From IMG/VR virus record IMGVR_UViG_3300027017_000001: 44,171 nt of DNA. One strand, given 5' to 3'. Below, in pieces: positions 24,828 to 32,307 of the stretch. The position numbers were made by a program, and so were the translations under genes. Under the pieces are notes generated by a model. It was not told the origin of the DNA, did no database searches, and worked only from the letters and a program-made list of their open reading frames with translations. This stretch comes from a virus. Position 1 is the first letter of the stretch; every line of letters starts with the position of its first letter.

Positions 24828-25421
24828 TTAAATGAAATATCTGCGGACTGGGCGGACGCGGAGCTCGACGCCCTTGCCGCCGTAGCCCTGATCGCCACCA
24901 CCGAAGAGCATGAAGAACGCGGTGTCGGCGGAGCGCTGCGTGGACGACCAGTAGGCACCCTTGGTGATCAGGTCATTCGCCCAGGCCTGATACAACTGAG
25001 CAGCCGCCGGCAGGTCGAAGTCAGCATGACCGTCGGCGGTGTACTCCCGGCAAGCTTCGGCAGCTGGATGGCCACCGGCGGCGATCAGTGCGTCGGTGTT
25101 AGCTTTGCCGTCCCACTTGCTTGTCGCCTCTGACTCCTTCTTGTAGCCACCCCACTTGTGCTCGCCGATATCGGAGTCACCGAAGATCAGGTAGTGGGCA
25201 GGCACATCGCCGCGCGCGGCCACGAAACCGCCGTTGATGCCGCCCTGGCCAGGCCAGTATGCGCCCAGGGCTGGGATGTCATTTGGTGCGGCAGGTTGAA
25301 CATTCGCCGCTGGCGGCAGCACCTGGGCGAAGACACTGGCTATGGCGAGCTTCGCCAGGGAAGAGGCCGGCATCTTGATCGATGCATCGCCGTGCTTCAG
25401 GGTGATCATTTCAGGTTTCAT
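24828..25421 (-). CDS. DUF1566 (Lcl C-terminal-like) domain protein, paralog A
   Basis: The start MKPEMITL follows GAGG. Motifs WPGQGGINGG, DFDLPAAAQL and the C-terminal VRPVRR are present, and it resembles 30699..31178. Confidence 0.7.
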   Translation of the reverse strand: MKPEMITLKHGDASIKMPASSLAKLAIASVFAQVLPPAANVQPAAPNDIPALGAYWPGQGGINGGFVAARGDVPAHYLIFGDSDIGEHKWGGYKKESEATSKWDGKANTDALIAAGGHPAAEACREYTADGHADFDLPAAAQLYQAWANDLITKGAYWSSTQRSADTAFFMLFGGGDQGYGGKGVELRVRPVRRYFI

Positions 25422-25479
25422 GCGATTACCTCGGGTAGGCGCCGCCATCAGGGGCCGGATGCGCAGCGTTGGGTAGGGG

Positions 25480-25845
25480 TTATGCGGGGTCGACGATTTC
25501 GTCTTCTGGCTCGCCTGGGTGTTTGGCGAGGTACTGCAGGCCGGCGGCCCTTAAATGTCGCAACACCTTTTCGCTTGGCTCGTAAGGTGTTGTGACATTC
25601 CGAAGCATCCAGGCTTGAACTTCGAAGTCGGCGCCTATCAGGTTCTTCAGCAGCCGCTGGTGAATGTCCTGTTGGTTGTTGATGCCGTGGTCTTTCATGA
25701 CCTGCTTCAGGTCAGGCTTGAACACGCCGGCAACCTCAACCATAAACTTCTCGATGCCCAATGCGGCGTTCTTGGCCGCTTCCTTCTCGCGCTTTCGGCG
25801 CTGCTTGAGGGCTTCCGCCGTGGGTTGCTTCTCTTCGGCCATCAC
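25480..25845 (-). CDS. Hypothetical protein
   Basis: 121-aa ORF with an ATGA-type overlap onto the upstream gene. Confidence 0.65.
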   Translation of the reverse strand: MMAEEKQPTAEALKQRRKREKEAAKNAALGIEKFMVEVAGVFKPDLKQVMKDHGINNQQDIHQRLLKNLIGADFEVQAWMLRNVTTPYEPSEKVLRHLRAAGLQYLAKHPGEPEDEIVDPA

Positions 25846-26129
25846 CGCCTCCTCTTTTTCTTTGGCGCCCCGCGGCCATGGGCCAGCCAGCCGGCGCCGA
25901 TCACCTGGTCGCCGACCTCGGCAATCAGTTCGTTGACCCGCTCGTTCACCGCCGGCACCAGGTCGAACATCAGCGCGCAGGGCACTGTCATGCTGTGGAT
26001 GGTCTTCTCACCGTTGGGAAGTATCAGCCAGACGCTGACGTCCCAGCGGATAGGCTTCGATGGTCTGGTGCCCTTGGGCAGCGTGTGGCCACCGTTCGGG
26101 CCGATGGTGTGCAGCACTGTCATCGTCAT
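25842..26129 (-). CDS. Hypothetical protein with basic C-terminal tail (KKKRRR)
   Basis: 95-aa ORF. Confidence 0.6.
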   Translation of the reverse strand: MTMTVLHTIGPNGGHTLPKGTRPSKPIRWDVSVWLILPNGEKTIHSMTVPCALMFDLVPAVNERVNELIAEVGDQVIGAGWLAHGRGAPKKKRRR

Positions 26130-26201
26130 GGCGTAGCCCGCTGGGTGGTAAATCGAGTTGTGGTTGCCGGCGTCGGCCGGCGACCCTGGTGCCGATCCGT
26201 C

Positions 26202-26576
26202 TCAACGCAGTTTCCCGCCTTCAGCAAGCTCGATGCGGAACTTCGCGGCGATCTGCTCGACCTGTGGAGTCGTCAGCTTTTCGCCCAGCGTTCGGAGCTT
26301 GTTGCGGACCTCGGTTGGTGTCCGACGGATGATTCCGAACTCGGTTTCCACCGTAGCGTTCTGGCGAATCAGGTCGGCCAGCTGGCTTTCCTTCTGTTCG
26401 AAATCGCGCCTGGCGAACTTGCGCTTGGTGATGGCGGTGTTCCAGACGCTGATGGGGCGGTACTGGGTTTCGCTCAGGTCGCAGTGACGGATCTGGCCGC
26501 CAGAGGCAAAGAAGGCCGCTTTTGCGGCCTCCAGTGGTGCTTGGCAGTCTTGGCCAAGCTGGATGAGTGTGTCCAT
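26202..26576 (-). CDS. Hypothetical protein
   Basis: Internal start MDTLIQLGQ at 26576. The longer track ORF would overlap ssb out of frame. Confidence 0.6.
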   Translation of the reverse strand: MDTLIQLGQDCQAPLEAAKAAFFASGGQIRHCDLSETQYRPISVWNTAITKRKFARRDFEQKESQLADLIRQNATVETEFGIIRRTPTEVRNKLRTLGEKLTTPQVEQIAAKFRIELAEGGKLR

Positions 26577-26586
26577 GAGGTGACTC

Positions 26587-27084
26587 TCAGAAGGGGATGT
26601 CATCGTTGAAGCTGTCGTCGAAGTTCTGAGCCTGTTGCGGCGCCTGCTGCTGGCTCTGCTGTGAAGCGTTCGGCCGAGGGCGCGACTGCTGTGGTCGCTG
26701 ACCGGTTGGGCGCTGGTCGTTGGTGCCTTGCTGGCGGTGCGCGGGGCTGCCGAGCAGCTGCATGGTGCCGTGCATGTCCACGATGATTTCCGTGGTGTAG
26801 CGCTTGATGCCATCTTTCTCCCACTCGCGGGTCTGCAGTTTGCCCTCGATGTACACCTGGGCACCTTTGACCAGATACTCGCCGGCGATCTCGGCGACTT
26901 TTCCGAACAGCGTGACGCGGTGCCATTCGGTCTTTTCAGCCTTCTGGCCGGTCTGCTTGTCGATCCATTGCTCGCTGGTGGCCAGGCTCAGGTTCGTGAC
27001 CGCGTTACCGTTTGGCAGATACCGAACATCCGGATCCTGGCCGCAGGTGCCGACCAGGATGACTTTGTTTACTCCGCGGGCCAT
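26587..27084 (-). CDS. ssb: Single-stranded DNA-binding protein
   Basis: The OB-fold N-terminus [22 protein letters not shown], a Gln/Pro-rich linker and the C-terminal DDIPF tip are all present. Confidence 0.95.
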   Translation of the reverse strand: MARGVNKVILVGTCGQDPDVRYLPNGNAVTNLSLATSEQWIDKQTGQKAEKTEWHRVTLFGKVAEIAGEYLVKGAQVYIEGKLQTREWEKDGIKRYTTEIIVDMHGTMQLLGSPAHRQQGTNDQRPTGQRPQQSRPRPNASQQSQQQAPQQAQNFDDSFNDDIPF

Positions 27085-27092
27085 GAGGCCTC

Positions 27093-27764
27093 CTATTTCG
27101 AAAGCGCTTTGCGCAGGAATGGGTCCAGGTCGGACTGGTTCAACAGCCAGCGCTTGTAGTCGCTAGGAAGGTCAGAGATGGCCGTGCCTTTGTGCTTGCC
27201 GAAGCTGATCACAGTGGGGATTCGAGCATCTTCCGAGATCTGCCAGAGCTCCTCCCAGTCGTTGACCGGCCGACCCAACCTTGCTGCCAAATCGTCGAGG
27301 ATCTTCACGAGCAGGAGGCGACAGTTCTTCACGTCATCAAGTGCGGCATGGGCATTCCGCAGCAAGGCCGTGGCCTCGTTGCGGTAGTGCAAGTAAATCA
27401 TTGCCGACTGCGTGTGGCTGTCGGCATCAGGCCAAAGCCTTCCGCTCAGCGCCCTGGTGCAAATCCGTTTAACGTTCGGCTGGCCAATGACGCGCCAGTC
27501 GTAGTCGATGTTGTGGCCAATCAGATACTCAGTATCGACCGGCAGCTTGAAGGAGGTGTGGGGCGCGAACCCCTCCAATTCCTCATCGAGGATGTGGCTC
27601 GTTGCCAAGGCGCTCAGCTCAATCGGCTTTCCGGGCTTGTAACGCTGCAAGAACGAGTCGGTTACCGCGATACTGCTGGTGCTGCTCAACTTCAGCCATG
27701 CAGCTTCTACCAGGTGTGGATCATTCAGGCCGGTGGTTTCACTGTCGAAGATGTATGCGGTCAT
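27093..27764 (-). CDS. DEDDh 3'-5' exonuclease (ExoX-like) with C-terminal DUF3820-like tail
   Basis: It has the N-terminal FDSETTGL Exo I motif, an HNIDYD-type Exo II motif and a C-terminal [18 protein letters not shown]. Confidence 0.8.
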   Translation of the reverse strand: MTAYIFDSETTGLNDPHLVEAAWLKLSSTSSIAVTDSFLQRYKPGKPIELSALATSHILDEELEGFAPHTSFKLPVDTEYLIGHNIDYDWRVIGQPNVKRICTRALSGRLWPDADSHTQSAMIYLHYRNEATALLRNAHAALDDVKNCRLLLVKILDDLAARLGRPVNDWEELWQISEDARIPTVISFGKHKGTAISDLPSDYKRWLLNQSDLDPFLRKALSK

Positions 27765-28351
27765 GCTGCTTGCTCCTGCGCGGAAAGCTCGGTCTTCCTT
27801 TTATTTTTTGCCCTGGTGAAGCTGTCAGCCATGCTCTTATTTCCCGCGGCCTTTGCCGCCGAAATCCCTGCGTCGAACGCAGTTTTCAAGTCAGCAATGG
27901 ATTTGGCCTTGGAAATGTCTGCAATCAGAGCCGTCCAGTCGTACTGCTGGGGGATCTTTTCTTTTTCTGGCGGCTTGGCCCCCGTAATTGGATCAAGCGC
28001 GTCGTGCTCGACGATCTCGAGAGCCGTGACATACAGATACCTGCGTTGGTATGTCTCAACCGCGCCGATGTTCTGAACTTCATGGCACCCCTTCAGTGCT
28101 GCGCTACCCATCGGGCTTGTGAAATCAACGCTGGTGCCATCCTCGATGTCGACCACTTTCAAGGTGGCAAGCTCGGCGGTAAACGACACGAGCCCACAAA
28201 GACCCTTTTCCAGGAACAGGTCATTGATCACGGGGAGAAAGTCGCTGAGTTCGAAGTAGTTGTAACCTGCGAATTTGTTCTCTCCGGACTTGCTGAGAGA
28301 CATTCGCTGCATCTCACAGCGAGCCTCCTGGAGTTTCTTGTAAACGCTCAT
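27761..28351 (-). CDS. erf: Erf-family single-strand annealing protein
   Basis: The start MSVYKKLQEARCEM and the motif KFAGYNYFELSDFLP are typical of ERF. The 5' extension in the track ORF was rejected. Confidence 0.8.
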   Translation of the reverse strand: MSVYKKLQEARCEMQRMSLSKSGENKFAGYNYFELSDFLPVINDLFLEKGLCGLVSFTAELATLKVVDIEDGTSVDFTSPMGSAALKGCHEVQNIGAVETYQRRYLYVTALEIVEHDALDPITGAKPPEKEKIPQQYDWTALIADISKAKSIADLKTAFDAGISAAKAAGNKSMADSFTRAKNKRKTELSAQEQAA

Positions 28352-28358
28352 GGCGACC

Positions 28359-28505
28359 TCAATTCGGTTGGTTGTCCCACTGCTGCTGAATGCGGCGGGC
28401 TTCTTCTTCGTACTCTTTGCGCTGCTCACCGTTGAATCGGTCGGGCGTGAAAGCACCGACTTGCATCCAGTCGAGCTGGGCGGCCAGTCGTGGAGATATG
28501 TTCAT
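28359..28505 (-). CDS. Small hypothetical protein (48 aa)
   Basis: The start MNISPRL lies 5 nt after the upstream micro-ORF stop. Confidence 0.45.
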   Translation of the reverse strand: MNISPRLAAQLDWMQVGAFTPDRFNGEQRKEYEEEARRIQQQWDNQPN

Positions 28506-28510
28506 GGTGG

Positions 28511-28627
28511 TTACCAGGTGATGCGATCGGCGAGGGCGATCATCACCATCAGGAAGATGCAAAATAGAAGTGCGACTGCGGAGCCTCGCCGGTGAGCAGC
28601 GCGTCTTTCTGCTTGAAATCTGGTCAT
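28511..28627 (-). CDS. Small membrane micro-protein (38 aa, not in the ORF track)
   Basis: I translated it as MTRFQAERRAAHRRGSAVALLFCIFLMVMIALADRITW. GAAGG lies upstream, and the start forms an ATGA overlap with the upstream ORF. Confidence 0.4.
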   Translation of the reverse strand: MTRFQAERRAAHRRGSAVALLFCIFLMVMIALADRITW

Positions 28628-28773
28628 GCCTTCACCTGATACGCGATAGTCCATTCACCACACAGGCAAATCCTGCTAGACCAGGCGTGAACGTTCTCAA
28701 TTCCAGCGTCGTAGGCCAGAGATAGGGCGCCGAGCCAGGACTTGTGGGTAAAGGCCAGGGTCATGGTATTCAT
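28624..28773 (-). CDS. Small hypothetical protein (49 aa, not in the ORF track)
   Basis: I translated it as MNTMTLAFTHKSWLGALSLAYDAGIENVHAWSSRICLCGEWTIAYQVKA. The RBS is GGGAGGG, and there are ATGA overlaps at both ends. Confidence 0.45.
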   Translation of the reverse strand: MNTMTLAFTHKSWLGALSLAYDAGIENVHAWSSRICLCGEWTIAYQVKA

Positions 28774-29030
28774 GATGCCCTCCCATACAGCTTGTTCATG
28801 TCCGCCATACGCCGTGAAATGCTTTCCCGGTGTAGCTCCTGCCGTCGGGTCGCAACAACGTCATATGCGCGCTGGGTGAGTTCAAGCGATTCAGATTGAT
28901 TAATGAAGCCGTGGGCCAAATTCGCCTGGATCATGCCTTCGCAAAGCTCGGAGCTTGGGTAGCGCGATTTACCAATTCGGCGCAGCTCGATCTCTACCAT
29001 CGCGATCGAGCGCTGATATCCAGTACTCAT
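28770..29030 (-). CDS. Hypothetical protein
   Basis: 86-aa ORF with a TGATG overlap onto the upstream gene. Confidence 0.65.
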   Translation of the reverse strand: MSTGYQRSIAMVEIELRRIGKSRYPSSELCEGMIQANLAHGFINQSESLELTQRAYDVVATRRQELHRESISRRMADMNKLYGRAS

Positions 29031-29257
29031 CAGGTCCTCTCCTTCATCCCGTAGAACTCAGCGATCTGGTCTACGGCTGCGTTGATACGAATGGCCAGAG
29101 CCTTGCGCTCCGCCAGTTGTTGATCCCTGCGGGCTGAAAGGTCTGCGGTCGTGTAGTCGTGACAGAAGTCAGCACGCGTGGGCCGCGGTCGCCCGAACTC
29201 ATCAAAGCGCCTGTCCCACTCCCGGGCCTGGGCGCTGTCTGCGTAACTGGTAGACAT
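29030..29257 (-). CDS. Hypothetical protein
   Basis: 75-aa ORF. Confidence 0.6.
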   Translation of the reverse strand: MSTSYADSAQAREWDRRFDEFGRPRPTRADFCHDYTTADLSARRDQQLAERKALAIRINAAVDQIAEFYGMKERT

Positions 29258-29278
29258 GGTCGCCTCCAGGGTGGCGGG

Positions 29279-29515
29279 TTACTCGGTGGGCGGGGCGGGA
29301 AACAGCTGCCAATGAGTTATGGTTTCCAAATCCATGAAGTCGTAATCGCCGCCGTACAACTTCCAGCTCCCATCCTGGCGCATGTGGCCCATAGCAAGGC
29401 TTTGCGGGTCGTGAATGCTGGTAAGCAGGAGCGAATGCGAAACCATGGTGTGATCCGTCGTGCACTCATGCGGGCACTCCGGAAGCCTGTCGCTGCACTT
29501 GATCCAATCGCTCAT
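29279..29515 (-). CDS. DUF551-like protein
   Basis: The N-terminus MSDWIKCSDRLPE is typical of DUF551 phage proteins. Confidence 0.65.
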   Translation of the reverse strand: MSDWIKCSDRLPECPHECTTDHTMVSHSLLLTSIHDPQSLAMGHMRQDGSWKLYGGDYDFMDLETITHWQLFPAPPTE

Positions 29516-29790
29516 GCTGCCTCCGGCCAGTGGCGCTCAATGCTCTCTTTCGCGTATGGCGACAAGCGCTCGTAGCTGTTTACCGAGCCGCATCCAGGCA
29601 TGGTGCCTTCCAGCTCGACGCAGGCGCGGATGTCGCAACTCCTGGAGCAAACCCATCCGCCGTAGTGGCAGCGTTGAATCTCACCATCAGGATCAGGGTG
29701 ATAGGCGAAGCCGGCTTTCCACGACGGGGAGCCGCGCAGCTTGAGGCCGCATCCTCGGCAAACTGCTTGGGTGTCGGTACAGCTATGCAT
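29512..29790 (-). CDS. Cys-rich hypothetical protein
   Basis: 92-aa ORF with multiple CxxC-like motifs. Confidence 0.6.
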   Translation of the reverse strand: MHSCTDTQAVCRGCGLKLRGSPSWKAGFAYHPDPDGEIQRCHYGGWVCSRSCDIRACVELEGTMPGCGSVNSYERLSPYAKESIERHWPEAA

Positions 29791-29811
29791 GGCGACCTCC
29801 AGTGTTTGGGG

Positions 29812-30009
29812 TTAGGCGGAAACTGCGACCGGAACAGCTTCACGAAAGCGCGATGGGCTCCAGTCGCACGATTCGTCAGCAGGGATGTGGCCGAACATCA
29901 GCATGCAGCGGTGGCAATGCACACAGTCGCCGCAGGTTTTGCCTTCGGGCAGGTTCATCTGGTCGGCGTTGTCCGCCGACCGTGGATACGGCTTTCGTTG
30001 CTCGCTCAT
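29812..30009 (-). CDS. Cys-rich hypothetical protein
   Basis: 65-aa ORF with the motif CGDCVHCHRC and GGAG upstream. Confidence 0.6.
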   Translation of the reverse strand: MSEQRKPYPRSADNADQMNLPEGKTCGDCVHCHRCMLMFGHIPADESCDWSPSRFREAVPVAVSA

Positions 30010-30106
30010 GGATTACTCCGTGGATTTGGTTCACCTGTATTCGTCAGCACTCATGCCGACCGCTGGTTGCCGATGGGCGCGGGGGAGAGTGCTGACGGGT
30101 AGAGGC

Positions 30107-30143
30107 GAGAAAGACGAAAGCCCCGTTGGACGTCGGGGCTTTC
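30107..30143 (-). terminator. Intrinsic terminator inside the early-left operon (tL-like)
   Basis: A 10-bp stem GAAAGCCCCG/CGGGGCTTTC with an 8-nt loop. On the minus strand it is followed by GTCTTTCTC. Confidence 0.5.
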
Positions 30144-30174
30144 GGTGTAGCTCTACAGTGCAGTGATCTCAGAG

Positions 30175-30339
30175 TCAGAATTTTGGGCGGGGCAGGGATC
30201 GCCAGAACGACCACCGACCCTCAGTACATCGCCAGTGCTCATGGTGAAAGCGCAGTGGATCGGTTGGCAGGCCGGCTGGGATAGGCAGTTCTGGCCGCAC
30301 ATGACTCAGCGCTGCGCCGATCAGGATGATCTGGAGCAT
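30175..30339 (-). CDS. Possible small protein (54 aa, not in the ORF track)
   Basis: I translated it as MLQIILIGAALSHVRPELPIPAGLPTDPLRFHHEHWRCTEGRWSFWRSLPRPKF. GGAGAG lies 4 nt upstream and GC3 is high. It sits just upstream of the terminator. Confidence 0.35.
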   Translation of the reverse strand: MLQIILIGAALSHVRPELPIPAGLPTDPLRFHHEHWRCTEGRWSFWRSLPRPKF

Positions 30340-30698
30340 GGTGCTCTCCGGTTGGGTTGTGATGCAGATGGTCGGCGCGGACCCACGATCGAGTCAGTCG
30401 GGATTTCACCGCTCGGCGTCGACTATCTGTTGATGCAGGTGGGCGGTTATAGGCCGCAGTTTCGTCCGCATCGGAGGTGATCTTCAGTGCTGAGGCCAGG
30501 TCCGCCTTTCCTATGAACTCCCATTTAAGGGCTCGGAACCCCGCCGCATGTGTCAGCCTTTCGGCTCGCAGGGCATGACCTTTCAGCTCGACGCCCTTAG
30601 ACCCTTTCGAGACTGAAGGTCACCTCCGATGCGCTCTCATTGGAGAGGATCGGGCCGGACTTTCCCGGCAGTCAGGGATATCGAATTGAAGGAATGAA

Positions 30699-31178
30699 TT
30701 ACTGAAGGAATCTGCGGACAGGGCGCACCACGCGCTCGCTGTCCTTGCCGTGGCTGACGAGCCAGCCATCTTCAAAGCCCATGTAGTAGGCGTCGTCGGC
30801 TGAGTACTGCGTGGACGACAGGTAGTACCACTCTTCGCTGAACGACTCTGGAGCGTACTGCCAGCCATGATGCAGCTCGCCGATGGAGGGGAGGTAGAAG
30901 TCCTTGTGCCCGTCGGCGTTGTAGCCGCTGGCAGCAATAGCAGCAGGATGCTTGCCTTCGCGGTCGATCAGTACTGCAGTGTTGGCGCGGCCATCTGTGC
31001 GACTCACCGCCTCAACCGAAACCCCGTAATCGCCGTAGGCGTGGCGGCCGACATCCTCGGCGGCAAAGATGATGTGGCAAAGACCTTCAGGGTACTGGCG
31101 AAGGCCGCCGTAGATACCGCCTTGTCCTGGCCAAACTTCGCCGATGGCCGGCGGGGTGAGCTGCTGTTGTGCGTTCAT
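30699..31178 (-). CDS. DUF1566 (Lcl C-terminal-like) domain protein, paralog B
   Basis: 159 aa with the motifs WPGQGGIYGG, DFYLPSIGEL and VRPVRR. Confidence 0.7.
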   Translation of the reverse strand: MNAQQQLTPPAIGEVWPGQGGIYGGLRQYPEGLCHIIFAAEDVGRHAYGDYGVSVEAVSRTDGRANTAVLIDREGKHPAAIAASGYNADGHKDFYLPSIGELHHGWQYAPESFSEEWYYLSSTQYSADDAYYMGFEDGWLVSHGKDSERVVRPVRRFLQ

Positions 31179-31187
31179 CGGGAAGTC

Positions 31188-31304
31188 CTATTGAATTGGG
31201 TAGCCCGGCACTTCATCGGGCCAGGTCTGCACGTACATCGGCTTGAAAGCGGTTGGCTTACTGTCTCGAAGCATGAAGCGGAAGAAGATGAAGAGAGAGA
31301 ACAT
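31188..31304 (-). CDS. Possible small hydrophobic protein (38 aa, not in the ORF track)
   Basis: I translated it as MFSLFIFFRFMLRDSKPTAFKPMYVQTWPDEVPGYPIQ. GGAGGG lies 7 nt upstream. Confidence 0.4.
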   Translation of the reverse strand: MFSLFIFFRFMLRDSKPTAFKPMYVQTWPDEVPGYPIQ

Positions 31305-31370
31305 GGCGTTGCCCTCCAGGCGGTTGTTTTCCCGCTGCCACCGATGCGGTGGCAGAAGTGAAAAGGTCCG

Positions 31371-31598
31371 TCATGCCACGAACAGCTCTTGCTGGCCCGG
31401 CTGAATAGGTTTCGACTCAGGCTGCTTTTCCTCTGGCCAAGGACCCTGGCCAGCCATGTACAAGCATTTCTCTTCAACGCCGTACTCGCGCTGCGTATCC
31501 GGGTGAACGATCGTCATCACGCCGCCGAAGGCCTGCAGGATCAACGCGTGCTCTTCTGCCAGCTTCCCGATGTGGGCGTAGGCTTCTTCTCTGGTCAT
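31371..31598 (-). CDS. Hypothetical protein
   Basis: 75 aa. The RBS GGAGCAAGAC and the first residues MTREE are the same as in the next gene upstream. Confidence 0.6.
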   Translation of the reverse strand: MTREEAYAHIGKLAEEHALILQAFGGVMTIVHPDTQREYGVEEKCLYMAGQGPWPEEKQPESKPIQPGQQELFVA

Positions 31599-31627
31599 GG
31601 TCTTGCTCCAGTAGCCGGCGGGGTTGG

Positions 31628-31855
31628 TTAGGCGGTCAAAATGCCTTCAAGGCTGCTTTCGAAAACTTCCAGAAACTCAGCGGGCTGCGTGATCGGATTC
31701 AGGTCTTGACCTGCGTTTTCCCCTGCGGCCACTACTGCGTCATCAAAGTCGCGGCAAACGGCTTGAGGGCCTTTAAACGCGCTAACTGCATTTGGATGCT
31801 TACGGTAGGAGGCAATGATCTTGGCTTCTTTGGCTTCGAATTCTTCGCGTGTCAT
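31628..31855 (-). CDS. Acidic hypothetical protein, first standard-size gene of the PL operon
   Basis: 75-aa ORF with RBS GGAG. Confidence 0.6.
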   Translation of the reverse strand: MTREEFEAKEAKIIASYRKHPNAVSAFKGPQAVCRDFDDAVVAAGENAGQDLNPITQPAEFLEVFESSLEGILTA

Positions 31856-32184
31856 TTCGTCTTGCTCCGTTCGTGGCTTCCGAATGCCTCCCGGGGTAGG
31901 AGAGGCATTTGTGAAACCAGATGAGCCCTGAATCAGGCAGGGCTCATCTCCTTGCCCTTCGGCGCTACTGGCGCGGTACGGGCCATTCAGTTTGTTGACT
32001 CCAGCCGCGACCCTGTCCGCCGGATAACTGTTCTTGGCGCTTTACGCTGCACGCCCGGGTCAGTTGCCAACCCTCTGAACCGTTTAGGCCGGTTCATCGC
32101 TGCCTTTGAAGCTAAGGGGTGTCGCTAAAGAGCGGCGGGTCTCTTGAGGCCCTGTGAACTCGTTGTTAGCCGTTCATGGCTATA

Positions 32185-32213
32185 AAAGTATGCGTATACG
32201 AATAGCTCGTCAA
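32185..32213 (-). promoter_or_regulatory. PL-like early-left promoter
   Basis: On the minus strand it reads TTGACG, a 17-nt spacer and TACTTT. The spacer is filled by the operator palindrome. Confidence 0.55.
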
Positions 32214-32252
32214 GCCGTATTCGACTATTTTTTAAAAAATATTCGCATGCGG
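32189..32252. promoter_or_regulatory. OL-like operator cluster (three copies of the CGTATACG-centred motif)
   Basis: The copies are TATGCGTATACGAATA (32189-32204), AGCCGTATTCGACTA (32213-32227) and TATTCGCATGCGG (32240-32252). A perfect palindrome TATTTTTTAAAAAATA lies at 32226-32241. Confidence 0.6.
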
Positions 32253-32261
32253 TTTTTTGTG

Positions 32262-32291
32262 GGCGACAAAAAGCCCGCGCTAGGCGGGCTT
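32262..32291 (-). terminator. Terminator downstream of the repressor gene
   Basis: The stem is AGCCCGC/GCGGGCT. On the minus strand it is followed by TTTTGT. Confidence 0.6.
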
Positions 32292-32307
32292 CCTTGAGTG
32301 TTGTTGC

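Noticed and set aside
26577-26864. 5' extension of track ORF 26202..26864 (220 aa)
   Set aside because: The extension overlaps the ssb gene out of frame and is Ser/Arg/Ala/Thr-rich. The internal ATG at 26576 lies 10 nt below the ssb stop and gives a normal-looking protein.
27192-28435. Plus-strand ORFs 27192..28076 and 27602..28435, antisense to the exonuclease and Erf genes. The same applies to 25878..26609, 21717..22361, 24591..25133, 23806..24459, 1987..2748, 6098..6841, 12537..13293, 18335..19008 and 42690..43337
   Set aside because: All overlap recognisable genes on the opposite strand. None has a family resemblance or a start context.
30163-30480. 105-aa plus-strand ORF (GTG start) in the gene-poor island
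   Set aside because: It runs against the direction of the whole early-left operon. It has no RBS, and its composition is Trp/Arg/Gly-rich and atypical. It overlaps a better-supported minus-strand micro-ORF and a terminator.
31175-31477. 100-aa minus-strand ORF bridging the gap between 31178 and 31371
   Set aside because: It overlaps the 3' part of gene 31371..31598 in another frame and has a Ser/Cys/Arg-rich composition. A short RBS-preceded ORF (31188..31304) explains the gap better.
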